This document shows, piece after piece, positions 18,536 through 28,088 of a stretch of DNA of 60,633 nt. The notes beneath the pieces were generated by a model, which had not been told where the DNA came from, did not search any database, and saw only the letters and a program-made list of their open reading frames with translations. Positions within the stretch are counted from its first letter, which is position 1. Every line of letters begins with the position of its first letter. The position numbers and the translations under genes were made by a program. Origin of the DNA: Escherichia phage Dru_SM1; sequence record PP596835.1. One strand, written 5' to 3'.

Positions 18536-20674
18536 ATGGCTACGCGCTTGCACGGCATCTTGCTGGATGGGTTGAATAATCCAATTATTAACGCTACAGT
18601 TGCTCTTATTGCTAAAGGGAACACAATTACCGTTCTTAATGGTAGTGAGGCTATATTTCGCACTGACGGATCCGGTGCGTATAATGTAACTGTCCAGACT
18701 GGTCATTATAAAGTAATCATCGGACCTCAAGGTATTGAGCCTTATAAAGCTGGGGAGATTGTTATTTATGGTGACAGTCCTGAAGGTTCGCTGAACGGAT
18801 ATTTAATTAACGGGGCTCCAGAAGAATTAACTCCAGATGTTATCAAACAAGTCCAGCAACTTGTGGCTAACTCTGAAGAATATGCTTTGCAAGCTGGGCG
18901 TTCTGCTGCGGCAGCAAACGCAGACGCTACGGACGCACGTAACAGTAAAGCGGCGGCTGCAACCTCAGCAAGTGAAGCATTAACTTACAAGAATGATTCT
19001 AAAACTAACGCGGATGCGGCTAAACAAGCCCAGTCCAGTGCTGCTGGTTCTGCTAACACTGCAACCAAAGCTGTAACCACAATAACAAATCTCAAAAAGG
19101 ATGTTGAAAAGTTAAAGTCGGATACACAGACTATTAAGAATAGTTCAGTAAGCGAGACGCAAGCAATTAAGGACGCCGCTGTGTCCGAAACTACCGCGCT
19201 AAAAGACGCTGCCGCTGCTTCAGCTACGAAAGCAGCTAATAGCGCCACCGAAGCCGGAAAACAAGCAGGTAACGCAGGTACAAGCGCAACAAACGCTAAG
19301 AACGATGCAGACCGCGCAAAGACGGAAGCTGACCGTGCGGAATCTGCTGCCAACAATGCACCAGAAATTCAGCCGTTACCTGATGTGTGGATACCGTTTA
19401 ACGATTCTCTAGATATGATTACGGGCTTTTCGCCTTCATATAAAAAGATTGTTATTGGTGACGATGAAATCACAATGCCTGGCGACAAGATTGTTAAGTT
19501 TAAGCGAGCTTCAACTGCGACATATATTAATAAATCGGGTGAATTTGTCGTTGCGAAAATTGATGAACCACGATTTGAACGTGAGGGCCTACTTATTGAG
19601 GGGCAAAGAACGAACTATATTCTTAACTCGCTTACTGTTTCTAAATGGGGTGCATCTTCGTGGTTGACAATTTCATCAAGCGGAGTTGATAGCTTTGGTT
19701 TTACATATGGTCGATTTGATGTTCAGTCTAGTAATGTTGGAAGCACAACATCCGGTAATATTGCCGTGGCTCCTTCACCAAGAGCATTTGACGTTACTGG
19801 TGGTGAGAAGTATTGCACTATATCTTGCCGATGCAAATGTGAATCAGACATAGATATTCGATGCAGACTCCGATTTGAGAACTACGACGGGACTGCCACA
19901 TCCTTCATTGGCGATGCGTACATGAATATGCAGACTTTAGATATAACAACTACAGGTGGCGCGGCAAATAGAATTACAGCTAAAGCGGTCAAGGATAATG
20001 CTACAGGATGGATATTTTTTGAAGCGACAATAAAAGCACTAGATACCGAAAATATGATTGGTGGCCAAGTTCAGATAGCACCATCTCAAAGAGTTGGTTC
20101 TTTTGCAGATGGTGATCATATTATTGTTGCAACGCCGCAATTCGAAGGTGGGGCGACTGCATCGTCATTCATCATATCTGATACAGTTGCAGCAACACGC
20201 GCAAGCGACACGGTAACTGTTCCTATAAAGAATAATATTTACTCCATTCCTTTCACAATACTGTGTGAAGTACATAAGAACTGGTATAAAACGCCAAATG
20301 CAGCGCCACGTGTTTTTGATACCAGCGGTTATCAAACCGGAGCGGCTATTATTCTTGGCTTCGGTCGTTCAACAGATTACGACGGATTTCCTTATTGCGA
20401 TATTGGAAGAGCTAACATCCGGGTAAACGAAAACGCATCGCTTGAAAAAATGGTTATGGGGATGCGTGTAAAAGCAGATCAATTGACATGTGCAATAAGT
20501 AACGGACGTATATCCAGCGAAACAAAAACAACCTGGACTTATATTCAAAGCTCCGCAACTATTCGTATCGGTGGTCAGACAACGACAGGACAACGTCATT
20601 TATTTGGTCATGTCAGAAATTTTCGAGTATGGCATAAAGCATTGACTGACCGTGAATTGAAGGAGTCTGTATGA
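18536..20674 (+). CDS. tail fiber protein
   Basis: ORF 18524-20674; likely start ATG 18536 (GGGAG RBS); Ala/Ser/Thr-rich repetitive central region (AKQAQSSAAGSANTATKAV...) typical of fibrous proteins. Confidence 0.6.
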   Translation: MATRLHGILLDGLNNPIINATVALIAKGNTITVLNGSEAIFRTDGSGAYNVTVQTGHYKVIIGPQGIEPYKAGEIVIYGDSPEGSLNGYLINGAPEELTPDVIKQVQQLVANSEEYALQAGRSAAAANADATDARNSKAAAATSASEALTYKNDSKTNADAAKQAQSSAAGSANTATKAVTTITNLKKDVEKLKSDTQTIKNSSVSETQAIKDAAVSETTALKDAAAASATKAANSATEAGKQAGNAGTSATNAKNDADRAKTEADRAESAANNAPEIQPLPDVWIPFNDSLDMITGFSPSYKKIVIGDDEITMPGDKIVKFKRASTATYINKSGEFVVAKIDEPRFEREGLLIEGQRTNYILNSLTVSKWGASSWLTISSSGVDSFGFTYGRFDVQSSNVGSTTSGNIAVAPSPRAFDVTGGEKYCTISCRCKCESDIDIRCRLRFENYDGTATSFIGDAYMNMQTLDITTTGGAANRITAKAVKDNATGWIFFEATIKALDTENMIGGQVQIAPSQRVGSFADGDHIIVATPQFEGGATASSFIISDTVAATRASDTVTVPIKNNIYSIPFTILCEVHKNWYKTPNAAPRVFDTSGYQTGAAIILGFGRSTDYDGFPYCDIGRANIRVNENASLEKMVMGMRVKADQLTCAISNGRISSETKTTWTYIQSSATIRIGGQTTTGQRHLFGHVRNFRVWHKALTDRELKESV

Positions 20675-20946
20675 AAGACTTAACGATGAAATTTAAGGAT
20701 AAGAAAGCATTTGAAGACTTCCTTGTGGTTATTGATTGGGAAGGCAATGAAACTTTGCAAAATCAAATAATGCTTGATGTTATAGGTTACACCTATACCG
20801 AAGTTGAAAGTTTATCGGATGAACCAACATATATTCAAAATGAAGGATATTATGTAAACGTAAGGGTTATTGATGACTCATTTGATTTTACACAGTACAG
20901 TAACCACAGTGTTATTTTTGATCAACCTTTAAGAGAATGGGCCTAA
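20671..20946 (+). CDS. hypothetical protein (possible fiber accessory)
   Basis: 91-aa acidic ORF overlapping the tail fiber stop. Confidence 0.4.
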   Translation: MKDLTMKFKDKKAFEDFLVVIDWEGNETLQNQIMLDVIGYTYTEVESLSDEPTYIQNEGYYVNVRVIDDSFDFTQYSNHSVIFDQPLREWA

Positions 20947-21049
20947 TTATGACTAAGCAAGTAACAAATATTCCAGCTGACATCAAAACTCTCTTAAAAA
21001 GAGTGCAAACCTGAGCGACTTAGCAGACCGTGCCGCAGCGTGGTTAAAC

Positions 21050-22270
21050 GTGCGCCCGCTTGGGTCTACTCCACTTGCTGGAGATCCCGTTGGAGACTAT
21101 GACGCCGCAACTAAGCGTTGGGTGGAGAATAGGATTAATACTGGTACAGTAGGGCCCACAATGAATGGCGTTATGAATTACGGGGTCGGGGATTTTCATC
21201 TTCGAGATAGCCGTGCGTATATTCAACCGTATGAGGTGGTTTCTGACGGACAGCTTCTTAATAGGGCTGACTGGCCTGAATTGTGGGCGTACGCGCAAAT
21301 GGTTGGGGCCATAGATGATTCAGTTTGGTTAGCAGATAAATTTCAGCGTGGCAGATATTCATTGGGGGATGGAACAACAACCTTTCGTGTTCCAGATAGA
21401 AATGGGGTACAGCAAGGGTCAATACGCGCTCTTTATGGCCGTGGAGATGGTGGGAATAGTGGTGCAAATGGGCAACTGTTCGAATCCGCTGCGCCTAATA
21501 TCTATGGGCGTATTGCTAGTTATTCTGGTTCGTCATACGCTCAGGTATTCAGCGATATCAATCAAGGTGCATTTAGAACAAGTAATGATCTATTCCCTGA
21601 TGCCAGAGGTGATGCAATCCCGATAACTGGTGCAATTGCAATATCCGGGCGTTATAATACTCTTGAGATTGATGCGTCACGTTCAAGCCCTATCTACGGT
21701 GCGTCCACTGATGAAATCCTTACGCGCAACTTTGTTGGTGTGTGGGTAATCCGTGCATCTGGCGGGTTTGTTGCTGCAAACACATCCTGGAGCGTTAAGA
21801 ACTCGGATAAGAGCACACTTCCGCAGAATACCTCCGTTCGCGGCGGTGAGGTGGTTTCGGAATATTCCAACCCAGCAGGTAAGCAATTCGCGCGCATGTA
21901 CTCAAACTCTGTATGGGGTTCTGCTAACGCGGCTGTTATTGAGGCAGAAGGTTCTACTAGACACTCCTACAAATTTTACGAGAATGGCACAGTTGACTTC
22001 CGACAGTCGGGTAGGGTTAACACCTTCCATATGAACACACCTATGGGTACATGGAATGATGCTACTGAGGCCCTAATGAACAACCTTACTACTAATGGCA
22101 TGAATAGGGTTGCCATTGCTAGTGGTTCCGACACACTAGTTCGTGGCTATTCTATCGGGGGGTATCGCCCTAATGGCTACCCAACCAAGGTCGGTTACCA
22201 TATGGATCATTGTAAAAAGCATGTTAAGGGGTATGCTTTACTTCGTAACCAGTTGGTTACATCCGCTTAA
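21050..22270 (+). CDS. tail fiber protein with tail-collar-like motif
   Basis: 406-aa ORF; segment GDGTTTFRVPDRNGVQQGSIRALYGRGDGGNSG resembles the phage tail collar domain; start is GTG at 21050 per ORF track (first in-frame ATG is at codon 38), so start uncertain. Confidence 0.55.
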   Translation: MRPLGSTPLAGDPVGDYDAATKRWVENRINTGTVGPTMNGVMNYGVGDFHLRDSRAYIQPYEVVSDGQLLNRADWPELWAYAQMVGAIDDSVWLADKFQRGRYSLGDGTTTFRVPDRNGVQQGSIRALYGRGDGGNSGANGQLFESAAPNIYGRIASYSGSSYAQVFSDINQGAFRTSNDLFPDARGDAIPITGAIAISGRYNTLEIDASRSSPIYGASTDEILTRNFVGVWVIRASGGFVAANTSWSVKNSDKSTLPQNTSVRGGEVVSEYSNPAGKQFARMYSNSVWGSANAAVIEAEGSTRHSYKFYENGTVDFRQSGRVNTFHMNTPMGTWNDATEALMNNLTTNGMNRVAIASGSDTLVRGYSIGGYRPNGYPTKVGYHMDHCKKHVKGYALLRNQLVTSA

Positions 22271-22295
22271 CAAATCCATATATGGAGATTTTCCT

Positions 22296-23003
22296 ATGTC
22301 TGACATGACTCTTTTACCTACTAATCTCGGTGGCGACGGTTTCGGTGGTGAAGCTGGTGCGGCTGGTATCGGTGGCGCGATCGGTGGTTTGATTGGTTCC
22401 TGGATCGGTAACGGTTGGGGCAGCAATGGTGGTTGGGGTGGTCGCGGTAACTTCGCTGGTCCGGTGGAAGTGCAAGCTTCTGTTGACACCAACGCAATTC
22501 TGCAAGCTATCAACAACGGTACTCTTCAGACCATTCAGGGGCAGAACGGTACTAACCTGACTGTTGAGCGCTCCGCTGCTTCTACCTATAACGGCATAAC
22601 TCAGCAGAACACTCAGAACATGCTGGCTTCCGTTCAGGGTTTTGCTGGTCTGAACACGCAGATCCAGAGCGGCACAAGCCAAGTGCTCGCGGCTCTGTGT
22701 AACAACGAAGCAGCTAATATTACCCGTTCCTTCCAGGCGCAGCTAGAAGCTCAGAAGTGTTGCTGCGAAACCAACCTGAACATCGAGCGTCAAGCAGAAG
22801 CTACTCGTGCGCTCCTGCGCGATCAGCACGCACAAGCGCAAGCTGTTCTGATCTGTGACCTGAAGTCCCAGTTGCAGGAAGCTCGCTTTGCAAACTCTCA
22901 GTTGGCACAAACGGCTGGTCTTACTTGTAAGATCAATCAGGTTGAGCAGTTAGTTAACTTTAAACTGCCAACTCCTCCAACTCCTCCGACTGGCTGCTGC
23001 TAA
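22296..23003 (+). CDS. glycine-rich, Cys-cluster protein of unknown function
   Basis: 235 aa from ATG 22296 (GGAGA RBS); N-terminal Gly/Trp-rich region (GGDGFGGEAGAAGIGGAIGGLIGSWIGNGWGSNGGWGGRGN), internal KCCCE and C-terminal PTPPTPPTGCC. Confidence 0.5.
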   Translation: MSDMTLLPTNLGGDGFGGEAGAAGIGGAIGGLIGSWIGNGWGSNGGWGGRGNFAGPVEVQASVDTNAILQAINNGTLQTIQGQNGTNLTVERSAASTYNGITQQNTQNMLASVQGFAGLNTQIQSGTSQVLAALCNNEAANITRSFQAQLEAQKCCCETNLNIERQAEATRALLRDQHAQAQAVLICDLKSQLQEARFANSQLAQTAGLTCKINQVEQLVNFKLPTPPTPPTGCC

Positions 23004-23073
23004 TCGTTGAAGTGTGGTTAAACTAAAGCGCCTTTCGCTCCTCCGCTTGGGCGCTTTTAACAGAGGTACTATC

Positions 23074-23442
23074 ATGAGCCACATTAAAATTGCAACGATG
23101 GGAATGCCACGGGTCAAATTGCCTAAGGTTGCTTTACCTCGCATTAGCGTAGGTGAGCACCACCATGAACATGAGAAAGAGGAATATAAACATGCTCAAT
23201 CTTATGCTCGAGATCATGAACATATGGCAGCTATGTCAAATGTTCTTGACCGGATGGAAGAACCTCCGCATACGTGGGCGGCGTACCACGACAAGCCCGG
23301 CGGTATGATGTCCATTGTTGAAATGGAATACCGCGAATTAATGGAGTGTAAGAAAGAAGGCGACCGCGCAGGGATCATGAAAGAGTTAACTGATCTTGCC
23401 GCAGCTTGTACTTGCGCTCTTCAAAAAATGAAAGATATGTAA
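23074..23442 (+). CDS. hypothetical protein (weak MazG-like resemblance)
   Basis: 122 aa from ATG 23074; His/Glu-rich; segment VEMEYRELMECKKEGDRAGIMKELTDLAA loosely resembles MazG-type pyrophosphohydrolase helices. Confidence 0.3.
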   Translation: MSHIKIATMGMPRVKLPKVALPRISVGEHHHEHEKEEYKHAQSYARDHEHMAAMSNVLDRMEEPPHTWAAYHDKPGGMMSIVEMEYRELMECKKEGDRAGIMKELTDLAAACTCALQKMKDM

Positions 23443-23457
23443 GAATAGGAAGCCGAC

Positions 23458-23988
23458 ATGCAAAACGTAAACGCAGGAATGGGCGTAACCCAGTTCAACG
23501 GGATGAAACCGAAAAACTCCATCAACATGGGCGGTGTTGATTGGACGTTACGTCGGGACGCTACCGATTCAACTACCATGTTCCCACACCAGAAGGTGAG
23601 CTGGCTTAATGCTGGATGTGAACCTATGGGTGATGGAAGGGTTCATTACTGTTGGATTATGGGAGTGATACCGCCTACGCCGGGCACTATCGAACGACCC
23701 GTGAATGTGATGTATGTCGGCTTCCACCAGTTCAAGATTACAATTGCTCCAAACTCCATTAGTCAATCAGATCTTGATCGTATGCATGTTTACGTCAGCG
23801 ATGGCACAGACTTCGCAGGGGATTTTATTAGTAAGTTTCTTGGTATGCAACCAGAGCAGCCTGTAGAAGCACGCGAGCATATTAGCCCGTGGCCACCCAT
23901 GATTGATCAGGAAGTGCTGCAACCAAAGACCGCTCAAACGGTCCCTCAGAAACCGGAGCAGAAGGTGAAACCAAATGACGAAGAATGA
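23458..23988 (+). CDS. hypothetical protein
   Basis: 176-aa ORF with AGGAAG RBS. Confidence 0.45.
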   Translation: MQNVNAGMGVTQFNGMKPKNSINMGGVDWTLRRDATDSTTMFPHQKVSWLNAGCEPMGDGRVHYCWIMGVIPPTPGTIERPVNVMYVGFHQFKITIAPNSISQSDLDRMHVYVSDGTDFAGDFISKFLGMQPEQPVEAREHISPWPPMIDQEVLQPKTAQTVPQKPEQKVKPNDEE

Positions 23989-24259
23989 AGGTATTGATAA
24001 AGTCGTTGAAGGGCTTTCTATTCGTGCTCATGTTATAGCAGACGAAGGTCATGATCAACTTACAATTATGAAATCTGCATTCAGCGATTTTAAGTCTCTT
24101 GGAAACTTAAGCGGGTTAATGACTGTGGTGTCGACCGGAAAATTAACCCAGCAGCAAATCAGTCTAGCTCAGCGTATTGCTGTTAAAGTTATTGCGGTAC
24201 TTGGGATGATTGAAGCTGAAAAGCCCAGTTCCAAGCAGGATAACGAAAGCGACCTTTAA
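23975..24259 (+). CDS. hypothetical protein
   Basis: 94-aa ORF overlapping upstream gene. Confidence 0.4.
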   Translation: MTKNEGIDKVVEGLSIRAHVIADEGHDQLTIMKSAFSDFKSLGNLSGLMTVVSTGKLTQQQISLAQRIAVKVIAVLGMIEAEKPSSKQDNESDL

Positions 24260-24270
24260 GGAGGTCTACT

Positions 24271-24474
24271 ATGTGTGGTAATACTAACCGTTGCTGTCTA
24301 GGCAGTCCTGCAACACAAGCAGGTATACTTCAGGGGCAATTGGCTCAAGCAGCGTGTAATTGCAAAACTTTTCAACCAGTAGCGCCAACTCCTGTGTTTG
24401 TGAATGCTTTTGCACCGCCTGTTTTCAATACTTTTGGCGTATACCCATACGGTGCTTTCTTTCGTATATTCTAA
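24271..24474 (+). CDS. small Cys-rich protein
   Basis: 67 aa with AAGGAGG RBS; 5 Cys in the first 31 residues (CGNTNRCC ... CNC); followed by a terminator. Confidence 0.4.
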   Translation: MCGNTNRCCLGSPATQAGILQGQLAQAACNCKTFQPVAPTPVFVNAFAPPVFNTFGVYPYGAFFRIF

Positions 24475-24484
24475 GAAGAGAAAA

Positions 24485-24507
24485 GGGGCAAACGCCCCCT
24501 TTCTTTA
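24485..24507. terminator. bidirectional terminator between convergent rightward and leftward gene blocks
   Basis: hairpin GGGGC-AAAC-GCCCC with A-run upstream and T-rich downstream. Confidence 0.5.
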
Positions 24508-24786
24508 ACGCTTATGAAAAGCTGACAGGATTGCAAGTGTTACAGCACCCAATCCGACGACGGTAGCATAAGTGAGTTGGCGTTGAACTTTAACAAAGCC
24601 ATAATAGGTGCTAGGGATGTCTACAATCCCAAACGCCATGGCAAAGCTGGTCGCAAGTAGTGCTACAGCAAGGGCGCGTAATAACGCCCTGCTCATTGCT
24701 GTAAAGCCCTTCTCATTACTATCTCCGGTCATTATAACAACAATGATTAGAAATAGCGAAACGACAACTAATAGATATTCCATCAT
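24505..24786 (-). CDS. small membrane protein
   Basis: 93-aa ORF with two long hydrophobic segments. Confidence 0.45.
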   Translation of the reverse strand: MMEYLLVVVSLFLIIVVIMTGDSNEKGFTAMSRALLRALAVALLATSFAMAFGIVDIPSTYYGFVKVQRQLTYATVVGLGAVTLAILSAFHKR

Positions 24787-24989
24787 TTGCGTCTCCTGTA
24801 CATGTATTGATCATACGCAGTCGCAATAATAGTGACTGGCCAGCAAGCGAGTATACATAGAAGACTTACAATCTTCTCCCAAAGTTTCTTATGGGCTAGC
24901 GCATAATCATAGTTATTCCAACAAAAGAAATAAGTCATTGTTGCAATAACTGCACCAATTACAAAATACATAACCACATATTCATGCAT
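24783..24989 (-). CDS. small membrane protein
   Basis: 68-aa ORF with two hydrophobic segments and basic C-terminus (YRRRK). Confidence 0.45.
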   Translation of the reverse strand: MHEYVVMYFVIGAVIATMTYFFCWNNYDYALAHKKLWEKIVSLLCILACWPVTIIATAYDQYMYRRRK

Positions 24990-25176
24990 CGGTAAACTCC
25001 CAAATCAGATTATAATTATTTCCCGCTGGTACATAGCGCCCTGGACGTGGATCGAAGCTTTTCACTGAAAACTCCAGCGTTCCAGCGCTATATAGTTGCA
25101 CCTTTTGTCCGTCCCACGGTCCGCCGATCAATTTAAAAGTCTGTCGATAACCTTTTGCAGCTTTAGCCATGCTCAC
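24982..25176 (-). CDS. hypothetical protein
   Basis: 64-aa ORF, start/stop overlap with neighbours. Confidence 0.4.
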   Translation of the reverse strand: MSMAKAAKGYRQTFKLIGGPWDGQKVQLYSAGTLEFSVKSFDPRPGRYVPAGNNYNLIWEFTDA

Positions 25177-25212
25177 TCCTTAAATACCCGCGCGAACGCG
25201 GGTATTATTTTA

Positions 25213-25428
25213 TTACGCTTCCGGTGTTTCCGGTGTTTCCGGTGATGGTTCATCAGGAACAACAATAACGTCGGCTAAAACTTTCAACGCTTCTTGTTGC
25301 TCCGCTGTCATATTATTCCAGTAATAGACGTGAATGTAAACTACTGGTTTGTCACCATGTTGCCACGGTTCGCGACTTACTACATCCACACCTAAATCGC
25401 TTGCTACGCTCTTTTCTTTACCGGCCAT
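25213..25428 (-). CDS. hypothetical protein
   Basis: 71-aa ORF with acidic PETPETPEA tail. Confidence 0.4.
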   Translation of the reverse strand: MAGKEKSVASDLGVDVVSREPWQHGDKPVVYIHVYYWNNMTAEQQEALKVLADVIVVPDEPSPETPETPEA

Positions 25429-25460
25429 GCTAATGTACCCCTTTAAAGTTTTACACGCTG

Positions 25461-25754
25461 CTAGCCCCCAAAAGTACCCCTATGATCAAGGGTTCTAATG
25501 CGCTGCTCCAGCCAACGTGCGTTCTTTTCAAAATGTTTATTGGTACGCGCTGCTTTGCACGCATCAATAATACCTAACTCACATCCAAGCTGCGTTTGTC
25601 CCATCACGTAAGAATTGGTTAACATGCTGGATACAAGCTCTTCACATTGTAACTTAATAGGATGGTCTTGGCATAGTTTCTTTGCTGCATCTTTTAAATC
25701 CACAGCTTGGACACCAGGCGCTATCAGCAAAGTTACGAGTAATAAACGTTTCAT
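25461..25754 (-). CDS. secreted protein with signal peptide
   Basis: 97-aa ORF; N-terminal signal peptide (MKRLLLVTLLIAPGVQA-VD) and 4 Cys. Confidence 0.45.
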   Translation of the reverse strand: MKRLLLVTLLIAPGVQAVDLKDAAKKLCQDHPIKLQCEELVSSMLTNSYVMGQTQLGCELGIIDACKAARTNKHFEKNARWLEQRIRTLDHRGTFGG

Positions 25755-26038
25755 TATGCTTTCCCTTTACGACATAAGGCTTGAAGTTCCAGAAGCGCAT
25801 CAATGTCTTCCTGTGGAGTTACACCAACGTGAATTGGATATTTATCGCGGCATTCGTTGCCGACTTCAACAGTGTGGTTAATGTAGCCGTAAACACATCC
25901 ACCAATAACAGTGAAGATAAGCGCAACAATCATTGTAAGGTACTTACCTTGTTTGCGTTCTTCATTTTGTTTATTAAGCTGACGGTTAAGTTCCACCGCG
26001 TCAATTTTACCTTTATTGTAATCGTCTACTAAGCTCAT
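25754..26038 (-). CDS. membrane protein
   Basis: likely start ATG 26038 (AGAGGAGA RBS); one transmembrane segment (LTMIVALIFTVIGGCVYGYI). Confidence 0.45.
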   Translation of the reverse strand: MSLVDDYNKGKIDAVELNRQLNKQNEERKQGKYLTMIVALIFTVIGGCVYGYINHTVEVGNECRDKYPIHVGVTPQEDIDALLELQALCRKGKA

Positions 26039-26102
26039 TTTGTATCTCCTCTTGTTGTATGCATATATTAAAACAGACCCGCGAAGGGTCTGCAAGTAGA
26101 AT

Positions 26103-28088
26103 TTAGGCGTATCCCATGTCTTCGAGATACTTCTCTGCTTTAGCTATATAAGAATCATAATCTATGTCGTCCGGTATTTTATCCGGTAGCGTCATGATCG
26201 GGACACCTCCCGCGCTACCAGCTACACGGTTGCCCGAGTTAGCATAGATTATTTCAGGTGTTTCTTCATTAGTGCTTAAGTACCAGCGTACAACCTTACC
26301 CAAAAATTCGCCATTCCATACCGCGCCGCCTTTTACCGCACGTAGGATAATGAATTTTCTAATATCGTTGCAATTGCGTATAGTACGAGAAACAGGCGTA
26401 CCGTGGGCCAAACATTCACATACAGCTTCCATAATGATCTCACCAGTACAGTTCTTTTGAAGACCTGTCTTGGCAAACCAGCCTTTACGCTTGATTTCAA
26501 CATTTCCTTCCTCGTCAGGTTCTTTTACTGCAACATAGTTATTGACGTTAGCACTGTACAGCTTGTCATAGTAGTTGGATTCCATTTCAAAACCTGTTAC
26601 GGATTCCCACCACTTAATCATGTTATCAACGAAATCCTGCATATGGTCTGGATACTTAACCACAATACCATCCGTGTTAGCTGAGATTACTTTAACACCA
26701 TTCAACTCAAATGCCTCAATAAGCATCAACAGTGAAAGCTGTCCGGTTAATGTAACTTGTATCAATAATTGCGGAGCGTACAGTACGGACCACATAGACC
26801 CCAGCTTACCAAACGATCCGTTGATAACGATCTTCAGCGTGTTGGCTGTGTTCTTGTCCCCTGAGTGCTTAGCTGCAATACGACGATCTACAATACTCTT
26901 ATAAACACGAAGGAACGCTGGTCCCAACTGTTCTGGATATAAGCCCTGATTAAGAATGATTGAAGGATAATAAGACGTTACGTCAATGTCCCGCTTTTTG
27001 ATACCAGGCTCTTTACCGTGACCAGCACACTCTTCGGAGCTATGCAAACCACCAATACCCATACGGTAGACACCGTCCGCAATCTTGATCTCAAGACCTG
27101 TTAATGCAGGAGGTAAGCTGATACCACCGTTATCGCTAACAATAAAGCGACAGTCCCGAACAATATCCAAAACACTATTCATCAAAGGAGTTTGAAAACG
27201 AATAAAGTCTGGTATGTTGTATGCATACTTTGTTCCAGGATAAACTTGCGGACGCTGTGGGCGCACTCCCGTCAACGCTTGGATTTCGTGCTTAATTACG
27301 TCTTCTGCAATCTGTGCATCTGAGCGTGAACGCAGGTCCACACCGTATTCTTGCGACATAATTTCACGCAAGTGAATAGGCTCTTGCAATGCAATAAAAC
27401 ATTCTTCCGTCTGTACAAGGTCGTTAATACAGTACCAGCGCACAATAAGCATCTGGTCTTGCGTCAACATTGTATTAGGCTTGAACGGTAAATCCTGCAT
27501 ACGACGAGTATGTACACGTCCGCCGTATTGTTTCAAACCGCCGGACCCAGGCAGCACTTCCATGATATCGATGTGGTTAACGTTCTGCATACGCTTGAGA
27601 CGGTAACTCTTTAATACATCCGAAGGACGCCAGTCTTCAACGATTATTTTATCAGTTGCGTCTTTAAGCTGAGCATTAGAGCAGCCGTTAAGCGCAAGCG
27701 TAGCAATGGGCATATCGTACCCGTTACCGTTAAAGCTTACGATAAGGAAGTTTGTCATTACCCAGTTAAGTAATAAGCAATTCAAACTACAACCGTGATA
27801 CATCTCGAAGTAGACAACTTTCTTAGTTCGCACTCCGCGAAATGCAATTAAGAAATAATTTGGATAACATTCTATATCATATACAAGCGGTTCGCGGTTA
27901 ATCCATGCTTGAATAAGTTCGTCCTGTGTGTACAGGTTGTATTGGAAGTTCCGCGCTTCCTCAAGATTAGGCAAATAATCCGGGCGCTCCCAAGTGCGTT
28001 CCGGCGGTAAACGTTTAACCTTTTCTTTCTTTGCTTTTGGCTCAGGCGGTAAGTCCTGCCAAAAGAAACCAATAGCATCTGTCCGCAT
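26103..28088 (-). CDS. DNA polymerase, family B
   Basis: Exo I motif YDIECY, motif A DVTSYYPSII, motif B KIVINGSFGKLG, NTDG near C-terminus; start set to ATG 28088, which overlaps the upstream stop (TAATG). Confidence 0.8.
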   Translation of the reverse strand: MRTDAIGFFWQDLPPEPKAKKEKVKRLPPERTWERPDYLPNLEEARNFQYNLYTQDELIQAWINREPLVYDIECYPNYFLIAFRGVRTKKVVYFEMYHGCSLNCLLLNWVMTNFLIVSFNGNGYDMPIATLALNGCSNAQLKDATDKIIVEDWRPSDVLKSYRLKRMQNVNHIDIMEVLPGSGGLKQYGGRVHTRRMQDLPFKPNTMLTQDQMLIVRWYCINDLVQTEECFIALQEPIHLREIMSQEYGVDLRSRSDAQIAEDVIKHEIQALTGVRPQRPQVYPGTKYAYNIPDFIRFQTPLMNSVLDIVRDCRFIVSDNGGISLPPALTGLEIKIADGVYRMGIGGLHSSEECAGHGKEPGIKKRDIDVTSYYPSIILNQGLYPEQLGPAFLRVYKSIVDRRIAAKHSGDKNTANTLKIVINGSFGKLGSMWSVLYAPQLLIQVTLTGQLSLLMLIEAFELNGVKVISANTDGIVVKYPDHMQDFVDNMIKWWESVTGFEMESNYYDKLYSANVNNYVAVKEPDEEGNVEIKRKGWFAKTGLQKNCTGEIIMEAVCECLAHGTPVSRTIRNCNDIRKFIILRAVKGGAVWNGEFLGKVVRWYLSTNEETPEIIYANSGNRVAGSAGGVPIMTLPDKIPDDIDYDSYIAKAEKYLEDMGYA

